Origin: Candidatus Atelocyanobacterium thalassae
Lineage (GTDB): Bacteria; Cyanobacteriota; Cyanobacteriia; Cyanobacteriales; Microcystaceae
Length of the DNA stretch: 64,000 bases
Reading direction: 5' to 3'
Assembly (NCBI GenBank): GCA_051971635.1
Contig: JBFPLN010000003.1
Span: 416,001 to 480,000 of the forward strand
This document shows, piece by piece, positions 52,968-63,870 of this stretch (the stretch's first letter is position 1; each line of letters starts with the position of its first letter). Both the position numbers and the translations under genes were made by a program. Under the pieces are notes generated by a model, which did no database searches, was not told where the DNA came from, and saw only the letters and a program-made list of their open reading frames with translations.

Positions 52968-53352
52968 AAGATCTATCTCACGAGATTAGAGGAATCATTA
53001 CGTAAATTATTGTAACAACTTTTGTTTATCAATTAAAACTATTAACAAAGTTTAAACTGTTAAGCCCATATAGATAATCGAGAATATAGTTCATTGTTAC
53101 TTAAGTCGACATACATTTTCTTTTTATAACTAAATGCTACTGTTATCAGCAATGTAAGAATTATTTTCTACATTATAGAAAATAGATATACTCTATAGTT
53201 TTTTGATATTTACTAAAATTATTTACTCATACACTGCAGAATAGTGTTAAATAAGTAAAATTATTCTTTGAAGTGTTTTGCAAGAATAATTCTTACGATT
53301 TTTCCTCAAAATTGTTTTAATAATAAACAAAAGACATTACAACAAATAAAAA

Positions 53353-53856
53353 ATGTTCAAGCAAATATTTTTACAAAAAAAAGTTGCCTCAATTACTTGT
53401 ATAGTATTCTTACAAGTATTCAGCCTGAAGTACTCGCTGAATATACTTGCTCAACCTTCCTCTCCTTTGAACACTTCTAACGTTAATATAGTTGGAGATA
53501 GTCAATTAGAAAAGTTTGCTAAAGCTGTAAAAAATTTACAAATAATTGATAGACTGACACAATCAGAGATGCTTAAAACTATAGAAACCATAGAAATGTC
53601 TCCGGAAGAATTCATGAGAGTCGGTCAGCAAAAAAAAGATAAGCGTAACCTTGATGTAGAGAAACAAGTTAAATTTGAGGAAACTCTCGATATTGTTAAG
53701 AAAATTAATGAGAAAGATCGTTTAAGGAAACGAGAGGCTATAAAAAATGAAGGATTAGAAGTTTCTCAATTTAATAAGATTGGAAAAATAGTTGAGCAAG
53801 ATCTGGAATTGCAAAAAAAAGTTGTGAAGCTTCTGAACAACTCAAGTCTTCCTTAA
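53353..53856 (+). CDS. secreted protein, DUF4168-like
   Basis: signal peptide; QLEKFAKAV...EAIKNEGLEV.QFNKI...D.ELQKKV helical pattern. Confidence 0.7.
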   Translation: MFKQIFLQKKVASITCIVFLQVFSLKYSLNILAQPSSPLNTSNVNIVGDSQLEKFAKAVKNLQIIDRLTQSEMLKTIETIEMSPEEFMRVGQQKKDKRNLDVEKQVKFEETLDIVKKINEKDRLRKREAIKNEGLEVSQFNKIGKIVEQDLELQKKVVKLLNNSSLP

Positions 53857-53875
53857 CTATATTCAATTAAAATTA

Positions 53876-53947
53876 TGGGTCGCCTGGGATTCGAACCCAA
53901 GACCATTCGGTTAAAAGCCGAGTGCTCTACCGCTGAGCTAGCGACCC
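53876..53947 (-). tRNA. tRNA-Lys(TTT)
   Basis: reverse complement GGGTCGC-TAGCTCAGCGGTAGAGCA-CTCGG CT TTT AA CCGAA ... GTTCGAATC ... GCGACCC-A. Confidence 0.96.
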
Positions 53948-54455
53948 TATCGCTTATGTTTCATACCATTAATAAAGATAACACAGTTTTTTATAAATAA
54001 CAATAGTTATCTAAGAAAACTTTATTTTAAAAACTCTTTCAAACTTATATATCTTATGGTATGTAAGCTTAAAGCTCTATACTAGTCTAGTACACAGTTA
54101 TCTAGTTACAGAATTGGAAGATAATTAATATTTAGATAGTGTAATGGTATCTATTATAAAAAACGAAGGTCTGAATTTTTTTACTTAGAAGTTTTCTTCA
54201 AAATTTTATTAATATTGTCGGTAATCATAAAAAGCTACAACCATTTATAAACAATAGTATTTTCATTTTACGAAGACTATCAATTTTTTTTTGAACAATC
54301 ATTAACGTATATAAAGGTTAACTTTACTATCTTTGTATAGAAAAGAATTAAGAACAATTCTAAAATAGTAACTATTTTCCTATACGAAACTAACCATCTT
54401 TTGGTTTTTAAAAATTACTCCAATAATAGAAAACGTTTCTATGCATCAAATCAAT

Positions 54456-55166
54456 CTATAAATTAACTAAATAAAAAGATATAAAAGCGCTCCCTATCGG
54501 AACTGTTAAATTATCAATTCCAAAGTTAGAGAACATTTCAAGTATCGTAGCAACTATAGAGGTAATTAAAGACACTACTAAAATTTTTGAAACTGGTTCT
54601 CCTGTAAAACCAAGAATCATGCTACAAACAATAAAACTTATACCCATCATTGCAAAAGATCCTTCCCAACTTTTATTAGTATTGAATATTTGGTAAGTAT
54701 GCTTTCCGAATTTCCGACCAATAACAGCCGCCATTCCATCTCCCCAAGTCATTATTAGAATACCAATCACTGCATATTTAAACCTTTCTTCATACCAAAA
54801 AGAATAACTTAAAATACCAATACTAAAAGCATAAAATAATGTTCCATAACTTACCCTTTTTATATCATTGATACTTGGAAAAAGAGAAAAGAGATGTGAA
54901 GCTAGAACTACGATAGCAGCTATTATAGAACCTATGATTAGCACATACATAGGTAAATGTAATCTCCATGCAAATAGAATAATATTACCAGAAGCGATAT
55001 GAACAATTTTTCTAGTAATTTCTGTTTTTGTATTACAAAAATATTTTAAAGTTTCAGCTATTACGACAACAATAAATAAGTAGACAACAATTAAACAAAT
55101 GGAAAAACGAAAAGGATATAAGATACTAATTAAAAAAGAAAACTGGAAAGACAAAATTACGTTCAA
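54456..55166 (-). CDS. phytol/polyprenol kinase (VTE5/Slr1652-like, CTP-dependent)
   Basis: EITRKIVHI.SG, MTWGDGMAA.IGR.FG, KSWEGS, GIDNLTVP. Confidence 0.85.
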   Translation of the reverse strand: MNVILSFQFSFLISILYPFRFSICLIVVYLFIVVVIAETLKYFCNTKTEITRKIVHIASGNIILFAWRLHLPMYVLIIGSIIAAIVVLASHLFSLFPSINDIKRVSYGTLFYAFSIGILSYSFWYEERFKYAVIGILIMTWGDGMAAVIGRKFGKHTYQIFNTNKSWEGSFAMMGISFIVCSMILGFTGEPVSKILVVSLITSIVATILEMFSNFGIDNLTVPIGSAFISFYLVNL

Positions 55167-55423
55167 TTAACTTTTGATTTTTTATATATTATAACTAATT
55201 AAAGTAAAATCTTATAAATTCAGTAAATTTTACTACTAATATACTTACAAGACAAAAATACTATTAGAGTATTTATTGGTCTATATGGAATTAGCTATTA
55301 GGAAGTAACTTCAAGCTAAAAAAAAGTCGGCTAATTGCATAGCTTATTACTATAGTGGTATCTTGTCGCTGAAGTAATAAAAAACTTATCTTACGGTTTT
55401 AAAACTGAATAATAATTGTTAGT

Positions 55424-56008
55424 TCAGTTGACAAAAATACAAGTATTATTAAGAGCTTGACATAAAAGTTTTTTATATTCACTATTATTTATTACATAAG
55501 AACCAAATCTTTCTAGATGATTATTTTGTAATTGGACATCAAACAATGTAAATTTCACAGATCTTAAATGCTCTACTAATTTAACCATAGCTACTTTGGA
55601 GCCATTAGGTATACGATAGAACATCGATTCTCCTATAAAAGCACTTCCAATTGTAATTCCTAAAATTCCTCCTGCCAGTTGATCTCCTTGCCATACTTCA
55701 AAACTATGGGCAAAACCATTTAAATGTAGTTGATAATAAATTTGAATTAGTTCAGGAGTTATCCAAGTAGTCTCTCTTTCCGCACAGCCTCGACAAACTT
55801 CTAAAAATTTTTTGTTAATTGAAATTGAAAATTGCTCTTGATTTAAAGTACGTTGTAAAGATTTAGGGTATCGAAAACGTTCATCTAAGGGAATTAAAGT
55901 TCTTTGATAACTCGAATACCAACTTAATACTTTAAACTCGTCACCCATTAGAAAATACCCTTGAGTGTAACCTTTTATAATGGGCTCTAAGTTATTAATA
56001 GACTTCAT
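55424..56008 (-). CDS. aat: leucyl/phenylalanyl-tRNA-protein transferase
   Basis: GY.QGYFLM, TWIT, AHSFEVW, LAGG..G..IG.AFIGESMF, SKVAM. Confidence 0.94.
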   Translation of the reverse strand: MKSINNLEPIIKGYTQGYFLMGDEFKVLSWYSSYQRTLIPLDERFRYPKSLQRTLNQEQFSISINKKFLEVCRGCAERETTWITPELIQIYYQLHLNGFAHSFEVWQGDQLAGGILGITIGSAFIGESMFYRIPNGSKVAMVKLVEHLRSVKFTLFDVQLQNNHLERFGSYVINNSEYKKLLCQALNNTCIFVN

Positions 56009-56230
56009 CGCATACTTTTATATCTAATCTACATCATATAATCAAAGGTTTCCTGTTGTTAAGAAATTCGCGAAATAATAATATTGTGTTAAAACATCTA
56101 GTAATGTTAATTCATAACAAATATATTATCGTTTAAAAAACAATTCTACTACTAATTATAATATAGACTTTTTCAATATTTTTTCACTAGTCAAATCTAA
56201 ATTTGACTAAAGCATATACTAAGAATTAAG

Positions 56231-56251
56231 AGGGTATATTTCTTATACCCT
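56231..56251 (-). terminator. hairpin after rpsN
   Basis: agggtata-tttct-tataccct stem; second stem tagtcaaat/atttgacta at 56188-56209. Confidence 0.5.
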
Positions 56252-56267
56252 TATTTTTATTTAAGGA

Positions 56268-56570
56268 TTACCAACTAGATTTAACCACTCCAGGCAATAA
56301 TCCTTCATGAGCCCATTCTCTTAATACGTTACGTGATAAACCAAAGTCTCTATAATATCCTCTTGGGCGACCAGTAAGCCAACAGCGATTTCGATGACGC
56401 GTGGGAGCACTATTGCGAGGAAGACGTTGAATTTGTCTGTGAATTTCAATTTTCTCTTCATAATTTTCTGCATTATGAAAAGCTTCTTTTAAAGATGCTC
56501 TCTTCTCAGCATATTTTTCGATGAGACGCTCTCTTTTCTTTTCTCGTTCAATCATACTTTTTTTAGCCAT
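56268..56570 (-). CDS. rpsN: 30S ribosomal protein S14 (long, Zn-independent form)
   Basis: [10 protein letters not shown]...[20 protein letters not shown]...LPGVVKSSW. Confidence 0.98.
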   Translation of the reverse strand: MAKKSMIEREKKRERLIEKYAEKRASLKEAFHNAENYEEKIEIHRQIQRLPRNSAPTRHRNRCWLTGRPRGYYRDFGLSRNVLREWAHEGLLPGVVKSSW

Positions 56571-56704
56571 AAAACTTTTAATGTAATTTTTCCATTTTAA
56601 AATGTACCGTTTCTAATATATCAAAAAATTACCAATAGAAAAGCTTATTCTTCTTCTTTTGCTAAAAACTTTTCAAATTTTTACTTGTTTTAATATAATT
56701 TTTA

Positions 56705-58012
56705 CTAAGTACTCACAATATATGAAGGAATAACGACTCTTGATATAGGAACAATATGTTCTCGTAGAACTGAAAGAGCTTTAAGGTATTGAGGATCTAC
56801 CTTGGTTCCAAGTAAGGTAGAATCATTCTTTAGACGAATCTGTTGTTCCATCGTTAAGTCTAAATAGATATCTGGAGTAATTCCTTTGTAGTTAATATCT
56901 ACGCCGCTAGGAGGGTAATATCGAGCAATAGTAACTGCTAATCCTGAGCCATCAGATAATGAATGAACCGATTGTACAGTTCCTTTCCCATAGGTTGTAG
57001 TACCAATTACTGTAGCACGATTATTTTCTTTTAAAGCACCAGCTAAGATTTCGCTAGCACTTGCAGACCATTTATTAACTAAGATAACTAAAGGCAAATT
57101 CGTCAAAGAAGTCCCGTTTGCTGAAAAGTTTTGATTTCCTCCTTTGCGATCTATTGTACTAACAATTTTTCCTTCTTCAAGCCAAAGACGAGCAATATTA
57201 ACACTTGCAAAGAGAAGACCACCAGGATTTCCGCGTAAATCTAGAATGAATCCAGAAACTTGTTGTTTTGTAAGCTCATGAATTGCTTGCTTCATTTGCT
57301 CAGTTGCATGAGAACTGAATTCATCAAGTTTAATATATCCTATACTATGATGTTTTTCTTCTTGAAGGTGATAACTTACAGAAGCGATTTGTATTTGAGC
57401 ACGCTTAAGAGTAACTTGAAAAATTCCTTTATCACGACGTGATAATTGTAAGTTGACCTCAGTTCCTAATTTTCCAAAAATTGCTTCTTGAGCTTGATCA
57501 AGAGTCATTAATGCAGTTGGCTGGCCATTGATACGAATCAAACGATCACCACGTTTAAGGCCTGCTTGCATAGCAGGGGAGCTTTTCATGGCTTCTACTA
57601 CATATAGTTCACTGGTTCTTCTATCAATGGCTAACCTAATGCCAATTCCTGAAAGTTCTCCTGATGTTTGACTAGTCAAAACAGAAAACTCTTGAGGAGG
57701 TAAAAATCTAGTATACGGATCTCCTAATTTTTTTAAAGTTTCACTAATGGATTTATATGCTTGCTTAGAGTTTTTGTATTTTTGAGTCAACAATTCTTGC
57801 CGTTTTTTTTGCCAGTTAATTCGATTAAATTCTAAATCTACAAATTCATTATTTACGATTTGCCAAATTTCGTCTATTACAGATTTAGGATTGTCCTCAG
57901 GAATATTAAAGCTCAAACCAGGAGAAATAATTGTCAATGTAGATAATATTGTTATGGTCCCACTCCATAACAATGATTTATAAACATGTAATGATTTTAT
58001 TAAATATTTCAT
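56705..58012 (-). CDS. carboxyl-terminal processing protease, S41 family (probably CtpB-type)
   Basis: LGDPYTRF, PDZ, LDLRGNPGG, SASASEILAGAL, TYGKGTVQ. Confidence 0.92.
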   Translation of the reverse strand: MKYLIKSLHVYKSLLWSGTITILSTLTIISPGLSFNIPEDNPKSVIDEIWQIVNNEFVDLEFNRINWQKKRQELLTQKYKNSKQAYKSISETLKKLGDPYTRFLPPQEFSVLTSQTSGELSGIGIRLAIDRRTSELYVVEAMKSSPAMQAGLKRGDRLIRINGQPTALMTLDQAQEAIFGKLGTEVNLQLSRRDKGIFQVTLKRAQIQIASVSYHLQEEKHHSIGYIKLDEFSSHATEQMKQAIHELTKQQVSGFILDLRGNPGGLLFASVNIARLWLEEGKIVSTIDRKGGNQNFSANGTSLTNLPLVILVNKWSASASEILAGALKENNRATVIGTTTYGKGTVQSVHSLSDGSGLAVTIARYYPPSGVDINYKGITPDIYLDLTMEQQIRLKNDSTLLGTKVDPQYLKALSVLREHIVPISRVVIPSYIVST

Positions 58013-58228
58013 TTTATCGAAATTACTTACATAATATGAATTTGGTATTGAATAAAAATCAGATAAAATACTTATACTAACTATTAAATATGATATAGAT
58101 AATATCTAATTAATGATAATTTTGCAGTACATTTTTTATTATGCTATTTTCTATCTTTAGTAATTGAGTAAGCCCTTCTATATAAAGTATCCAAGAGTTT
58201 ATTACTATTTGCTAGTTGATTTTTTGTA

Positions 58229-58302
58229 TCGGGATGACAGGATTCGAACCTGTGACATCCTGCTCCCAAAGCAGGCGCGCTACCAAGCTGCGCTACATCC
58301 CG
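58229..58302 (-). tRNA. tRNA-Pro(TGG)
   Basis: reverse complement CGGGATG-TAGCGCAGCTTGGTAGCGCG-CCTGC TT TGG GA GCAGG ... GTTCGAATC ... CATCCCG-A. Confidence 0.97.
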
Positions 58303-58335
58303 TAATGTCGATATATACATTATAACTAATTTTTT

Positions 58336-58860
58336 CTAATTAGGGTACCAAAACATTCCTTTTATTCCTTCTGGTTCAATTACAAACCCTAAACGACAGT
58401 AAAACTCTATCACTTGGGGATCAGCAAAAAGTGTAATATTACTAATATTTTCATTTTTTAAATGTCTGATCATATAATTTATCATCCCTTTCCCTAATCC
58501 CTTACTTTGAAATCTGGGATGAATAACTACATCCCAAATAGTTGCATTAAAAGCATGATCAGAAGTTGCACGAGCAAACCCAATTAGACGTCTTTGGTTG
58601 TTTTTTACCTCCCATGCAGAAACTATTATAAAGCTATTTTTCAGTGCTTTTTTGACTTTCTGGAAAGGACGGCGACTCCAGCCAACAGAATTGCATAATT
58701 CTTCTAAGTCATATAAATCAATTTCTCGTTCTTTCGTAAAGAAAATACGAGGCTGGATTGTACTTTTCTTTTTTAAGTTTATTTTTTCTCTTGATAATGA
58801 AGTAGATTTAACCTTAATATTTGAGCTAATATCATTAAGTAATTGTTTCCAAAAAAACAT
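58336..58860 (-). CDS. ycf52: GNAT acetyltransferase, Ycf52 family
   Basis: [48 protein letters not shown]. Confidence 0.9.
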   Translation of the reverse strand: MFFWKQLLNDISSNIKVKSTSLSREKINLKKKSTIQPRIFFTKEREIDLYDLEELCNSVGWSRRPFQKVKKALKNSFIIVSAWEVKNNQRRLIGFARATSDHAFNATIWDVVIHPRFQSKGLGKGMINYMIRHLKNENISNITLFADPQVIEFYCRLGFVIEPEGIKGMFWYPN

Positions 58861-59446
58861 TAGATGAAGATAAAATTTTGTTTTAAATAAATTTTTAAGA
58901 AAAATTAATTATTGAATAATTTTTAGATTATTACATTAAAGATTATTTAATAACTTAATTCATGATCTCTTTATATCATAAGATTGATTGTAATAAAAGA
59001 ACAAATATTTTTTTAAAAACTAATAATAAAGACTATACAAATAGTAGTAATGTCAAGATTTAGATATAGTCTTTTCTAAAAATAGTTAGTTAATAGTTGA
59101 GGAAAAGTAGCAGTTAAATATATCTATACCAGACTTTAATTTAAATAATTTATTTTTCTAATGAAAATACAAAATTGTCTTAATTAATAGATATTATAGT
59201 TTTAGTAATTAGTTAATGATAAGTTTTCTATAATACTGGAAATATAAAATATTTAATATATTGATGATTGAGTCTGAATGGTGAAACATTTTAGCAATTC
59301 ATTCTTCCTCCCCAAAAAATCAAAATTAATTATTTTTTAAGGGTTTTTAGTCATGTAAGTCTTTAGTGTAAAGTAAATTAATAGTTTACAAAAATATGAT
59401 ATTGTGATTAGGAATAAGTATAATTGCTATATTCTTAGAAACTAAT

Positions 59447-59767
59447 ATGAGACACTTCAAAGATGAATGGATTCAAGAGTGGTGCGAGCAAAATGGTTGG
59501 ACTGATTTAACAAGAGAAAGCCGTATCAGTTATTGGGCTTTCCCTCCTGGTGCAGTAATGCCAGAACCTATTTCTTTTGATGTATTGCGATCTATCAAGG
59601 ATAATAATGGTTCTTCTGCTGAAGAAAAATTTTGGTTATCTTCCGCTATTATAGTTTCAGTAACATCTGTCCTCTTAAGTTATTTGCTTAAGAATCCTGT
59701 ACCAGTACTTTTAGCATTTGCTTTTGATGCTTTTATATCTGCTAAATTAGAATTTGAAGAAATTTAA
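59447..59767 (+). CDS. conserved cyanobacterial membrane protein of unknown function
   Basis: DEWIQEWC..NGWTDL, YWAFPPGAVMP.PI; two C-terminal hydrophobic segments. Confidence 0.75.
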   Translation: MRHFKDEWIQEWCEQNGWTDLTRESRISYWAFPPGAVMPEPISFDVLRSIKDNNGSSAEEKFWLSSAIIVSVTSVLLSYLLKNPVPVLLAFAFDAFISAKLEFEEI

Positions 59768-59912
59768 TCAATTAAAACTTAATCAAATAAATCCTTAAAC
59801 ATATTATTTAGTTACATCTAATTTTATTTTTGATAATCTTCAATGAAAAATGTTTATATGACAATTTAATTATTTGATATAGATTATCACAAGTTTCTAT
59901 TTATACTTCTAA

Positions 59913-59946
59913 TAAAAACAGACAGATAAAAATCTGTCTGTTTTTA
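59913..59946. terminator. bidirectional intrinsic terminator downstream of petA
   Basis: taaaaacagacagat-aaaa-atctgtctgttttta perfect 15-bp stem with A/T tracts on both sides. Confidence 0.8.
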
Positions 59947-59975
59947 AAAACTAATTAATTTGTTTTTAAACAATC

Positions 59976-60962
59976 TTAAAAGTTCATATCAGCTGCTTGA
60001 ACTCGTTCTACCTGTTTCTTCTTAACAACTAAGAGAATTTGTACTAGCATTATTCCAGCTAAAAAGAGCATTAAACCTTTAATACGATCTGGATTTTGTA
60101 AAACAACTTCCGTATCTTTTTGTCCAAAGCCGCCTACATTTGGATTGTTAGTTAAAGGCTGTCCAGCTGCAACTTCATTGCCCTCAGAAACAATTAATTG
60201 AGGTCCTGCAGGTATGGTTTCCTCAACGTTGCCTTCAGAAGTAGCAATAGTTACATTATATCCACCATCTTCTTGATCGATAATCTGAGTTATGTTTCCT
60301 GCTTGTGAAGCTTTGAAAACATTATTGTTACTTAACTCTCCTGTTGGATATACTTGTCCACGACCGCGGTTAGCACCTAGGTGAACTTGGTATTTACCGT
60401 AGTGGATATCTTTATCAGTATCAGGATTAGGCGATAATACTGGGAAAATAATTTCCTGATATTGTTCTCCTGGAAGAGGACCTACAAGAACAACATTTTC
60501 TTGATCTTCACGATAGGTTTGAAAGAAAACACTGCCCATTTCTTCCTTAAGTTCCTCAGAAATTCTTTCAGGAGGAGCCATTTTAAAACCTTCTGGTAAC
60601 ATCAAAACAGCTCCTACATTTAGTCCTCCTTTAGAGCCATCCCCAAGTATCTGCTGTGAATCTAGATCATAAGGAATTTTAACAACAGCTTTAAAAACTG
60701 TATCAGGCAAAACGGAATGTGGAATTTCTACTTCAGCAGGTTTTTCTCCTAGGTGACAGTTAGCACAGACAATTCTACCTGTAGCTTCTCTAGGAGTTTC
60801 TGGAGCAGTTTCTTGGGCCCAAAAGGGGTAGGCAGTTGCAGTTTGAGTAAAAACAAAACAATTACAAATTAGCAAAACAATTGTCGTCACTCCTAATAAA
60901 AATGACTTTAGTAAAGTTTGCTTAACTGTAGACCAAATTGCCGAAAAATCGGATATTCTCAT
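59976..60962 (-). CDS. petA: apocytochrome f
   Basis: mature N-terminus YPFWAQ, CANCH heme motif, [12 protein letters not shown]-terminal TM plus KKKQVERVQ. Confidence 0.98.
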   Translation of the reverse strand: MRISDFSAIWSTVKQTLLKSFLLGVTTIVLLICNCFVFTQTATAYPFWAQETAPETPREATGRIVCANCHLGEKPAEVEIPHSVLPDTVFKAVVKIPYDLDSQQILGDGSKGGLNVGAVLMLPEGFKMAPPERISEELKEEMGSVFFQTYREDQENVVLVGPLPGEQYQEIIFPVLSPNPDTDKDIHYGKYQVHLGANRGRGQVYPTGELSNNNVFKASQAGNITQIIDQEDGGYNVTIATSEGNVEETIPAGPQLIVSEGNEVAAGQPLTNNPNVGGFGQKDTEVVLQNPDRIKGLMLFLAGIMLVQILLVVKKKQVERVQAADMNF

Positions 60963-61011
60963 TGCTCAGTCAAATTATATAATTCTTAAACAGTAAAATG
61001 GAAACTTAAAT

Positions 61012-61554
61012 TTAAGCCCACCATGGAGATTTGTCAGTACGAAAATCAGTTTCTGTCCATTCAGTGAACATAACTTTATCATCTTCGTTAACATTAACGT
61101 GAGCTAACGCTAAAGAAAGGGGAGCAGGACCACGAACTACTTTACCTTGGGCATTGTACTGGGAACCATGGCAAGGACAAATAAATTTATCTTCACCAGC
61201 ATTCCAGGGAACAACACAACCTAAATGGGTACAAACGGCATTAATACCATAGCTTGTAATCGTACTATCTCCTGCAATAACAAGATATGTAGGATCACCT
61301 TTTAAACCTTGGCTTAAAACATGATCACCTGTTTTATGGCTAGAAATAAATTCAGTAGCAACGATATCATTCCCTAAAGCATCTTTAGCGACAATACCGT
61401 CGCCAGTTCCTCCGCTAGAAGGAGGAATAAAATATTTAACTACAGGATATAGCGCGCCAGCAGCTACTCCTGTAATCGTTCCAAAAGTGAGTAAGTTCAT
61501 GAATTGGCGACGTCCCATATCGGGGACGTCTGATGAACCAGATACTTGTGACAT
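61012..61554 (-). CDS. petC: cytochrome b6f Rieske Fe-S subunit
   Basis: [25 protein letters not shown]. Confidence 0.98.
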   Translation of the reverse strand: MSQVSGSSDVPDMGRRQFMNLLTFGTITGVAAGALYPVVKYFIPPSSGGTGDGIVAKDALGNDIVATEFISSHKTGDHVLSQGLKGDPTYLVIAGDSTITSYGINAVCTHLGCVVPWNAGEDKFICPCHGSQYNAQGKVVRGPAPLSLALAHVNVNEDDKVMFTEWTETDFRTDKSPWWA

Positions 61555-62391
61555 AACAGTTTATGGATGATCTAAGTTAATTTGCAGATTGAGAAATTAA
61601 TCTCAGTAACACTTTAGGTAGTACGCTATAAGAAAATATGATGGTAACCATACATTTTAGGAAAGATGAGGTTACCAAAATCTTCACATAAGTAAATTGA
61701 AGATCTTTAGTAATTTACTAGCCCACATTAAATTATTGCAGAAATTGTTGACAATGTATAAGGTACTTTTAAGGAAACCAAATATTTGTATAAAGATTTT
61801 CAATCTTAACTTATCCTTTTAAAACATTTTGTCGAGGATTATGCTCTCATATTGAAATAATTTGATACTGAATAATTAAGGATTAGTATAATTGTTAATA
61901 TTAAGTAAAAAATCAACTAATGCCATATAAAATAGAGTTAATAACTTTATTTTATAAATTATTTTTTTGAAATAAAAAGTTTATAAACTAGTATTCAGTA
62001 AAAAATTAATTAGTAATTGAATACAATTTTTATAAAAATTATTCAGTAGATATAAACTACTTCTATAAAGTTAAGAAATAAAATATTCTGGATATTATTT
62101 AAGTACTCAAGAATACACTTTGCCGTACTAGATTAATGTTTCTTAGACTCTGATTTTTAAATGTTAAACATTACAGCCGACTATAGGATACTTTGAATAA
62201 AAATAGGAATTTGTTTAAAGTATTAGACATCTGTTTCTATTAAGTAAAAAAGATAAGAATTATTTTTAAGATACTCTTTGCAAAAGGAACTTAAAGTTTG
62301 AAAAAATAACTCAATTTTTGAGCAGAACATCAACTGTAATTTATTATTTAAAGATAATAAATTAAACACTAAATTAATAAAATCTAGATTT

Positions 62392-63870
62392 ATGAAATCT
62401 TCACTTGTTATTTTATATCATCGTGAACCTCATGATGAGGTGATTGAAAATGGTATTACACGCTATGTTCCGCAGAAAAGTCCTAATGGTATTATTCCAA
62501 CTTTGAAAAGTTTTTTTGCTAACAATTTTCAAGGAACTTGGATAGCTTGGAAACAAGTTACAGAGGAACAAAAAAATAATTTTAGTGAAAAAGTAAGTGT
62601 AGAAAATGATGGAAATTATCATGTTCTCCGAATACCTTTGAGCCCCGAGCAAGTAAAGAGCTTTTACTACATAACTTCAAAAGAAGCCTTTTGGCCAATT
62701 CTTCATTCTTTTCCATATCACTTCACTAGCGAATCATCAGATTGGAACAATTTTGTGGAGATTAATTGCCTTTTTGCTGAAGCTGCTTGCAAATATGCAG
62801 AGGATAATGCCTTAATTTGGATACACGACTATAATCTTTGGCTAGCTCCTTATTTTATAAGGCAAAAAAAGCCAAATATTCGCATTGCTTTCTTTCATCA
62901 TACACCTTTTCCCCCTGTTGATATTTTCAATATTCTCCCATGGAGAGAGGCAATTATAGATAGTTTACTTAGTTGTGATTTAGTAGGTTTCCATATTCCT
63001 CGCTATTCCGAAAACTTTATTAATACTATTCAAAGTTTACGCTCCATTGATATTCTAGAAAAGCGAAGAGTTCCAACACATTTAACTTCTATAGGAACTG
63101 CTTTAGCACAGCCAGAATTTACCACTAAAATAAAGTACGATAATCAAATTATTAAAATTGATGCATTCCCTGTAGGAACTAATCCAAAAGATGTTTTGCA
63201 AGTTTTACATTCTGAATATGCAAGAAAAAGATTTGAAAAAATAAAGAAAAGCTTTCATGGCTGCAAAACAATTATTGCAGCTGGACGAGTTGATTATGTA
63301 AAAGGAAATGCTCAAAAATTAGAAGCTTTTAATCGTTTATTAAAACGTCGTCCTGAACTACATGGGAAAATTAACTTTGTTCTTACTTGTGTACAAGCAG
63401 CTACTGAAATAAGGATATATAAAGAAACACAACACCAAATCGAACAACTAGTTGGTGCAATTAATGGTCGTTACTCCAGTTTAAATTGGACACCAGTTAC
63501 ATTATTTACAAAACCTATTTCTCTACTAGACTTATTTTGTTATTATAAAGCTGCTGATATTTGCTGGACAACACCTTTAAGAGATGGATTAAATCTTGTT
63601 GCTAAAGAATACATTATTGCTCATGAAGGAGTAAATGGAGTACTCATTCTATCAGAATTTGTTGGAGCAGCTATTGAATTACCTCAAGCAATTTTAGTAA
63701 ACCCTTATTCAACTGAATTAATGGATAGAGCCATTGATAAAGCTTTAGATATGTCTGAAGATGAGCAGAAAGAAAAAATGATTGAAATGTATAAAATTGT
63801 CAGTACTTATGACATCAAATATTGGGCAAACCGTTTTCTCCATCATTTCAGCAATAATTTAACACCATAG
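62392..63870 (+). CDS. ggpS: glucosylglycerol-phosphate synthase (GT20)
   Basis: MKSSLVILYHREP, KSPNGI.PTL, WIHDYNLWL, FFHHTPFP, GRVDYVKG, TPLRDGLNLVAKEY. Confidence 0.93.
   Translation: MKSSLVILYHREPHDEVIENGITRYVPQKSPNGIIPTLKSFFANNFQGTWIAWKQVTEEQKNNFSEKVSVENDGNYHVLRIPLSPEQVKSFYYITSKEAFWPILHSFPYHFTSESSDWNNFVEINCLFAEAACKYAEDNALIWIHDYNLWLAPYFIRQKKPNIRIAFFHHTPFPPVDIFNILPWREAIIDSLLSCDLVGFHIPRYSENFINTIQSLRSIDILEKRRVPTHLTSIGTALAQPEFTTKIKYDNQIIKIDAFPVGTNPKDVLQVLHSEYARKRFEKIKKSFHGCKTIIAAGRVDYVKGNAQKLEAFNRLLKRRPELHGKINFVLTCVQAATEIRIYKETQHQIEQLVGAINGRYSSLNWTPVTLFTKPISLLDLFCYYKAADICWTTPLRDGLNLVAKEYIIAHEGVNGVLILSEFVGAAIELPQAILVNPYSTELMDRAIDKALDMSEDEQKEKMIEMYKIVSTYDIKYWANRFLHHFSNNLTP

Noticed and set aside
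29590..58302. All four tRNA genes lack an encoded CCA
   Set aside because: This is normal for cyanobacteria
1796..62652. Short ORFs of 60-94 aa overlapping larger genes (e.g. 1796, 3348, 5906, 10820, 12406, 13514, 14538, 14707, 21082, 21158, 24726, 26658, 29076, 35901, 37899, 38259, 39162, 41946, 43411, 53268, 57260, 58598, 62413)
   Set aside because: They are antisense or off-frame shadows of well-supported genes and have no recognisable motifs
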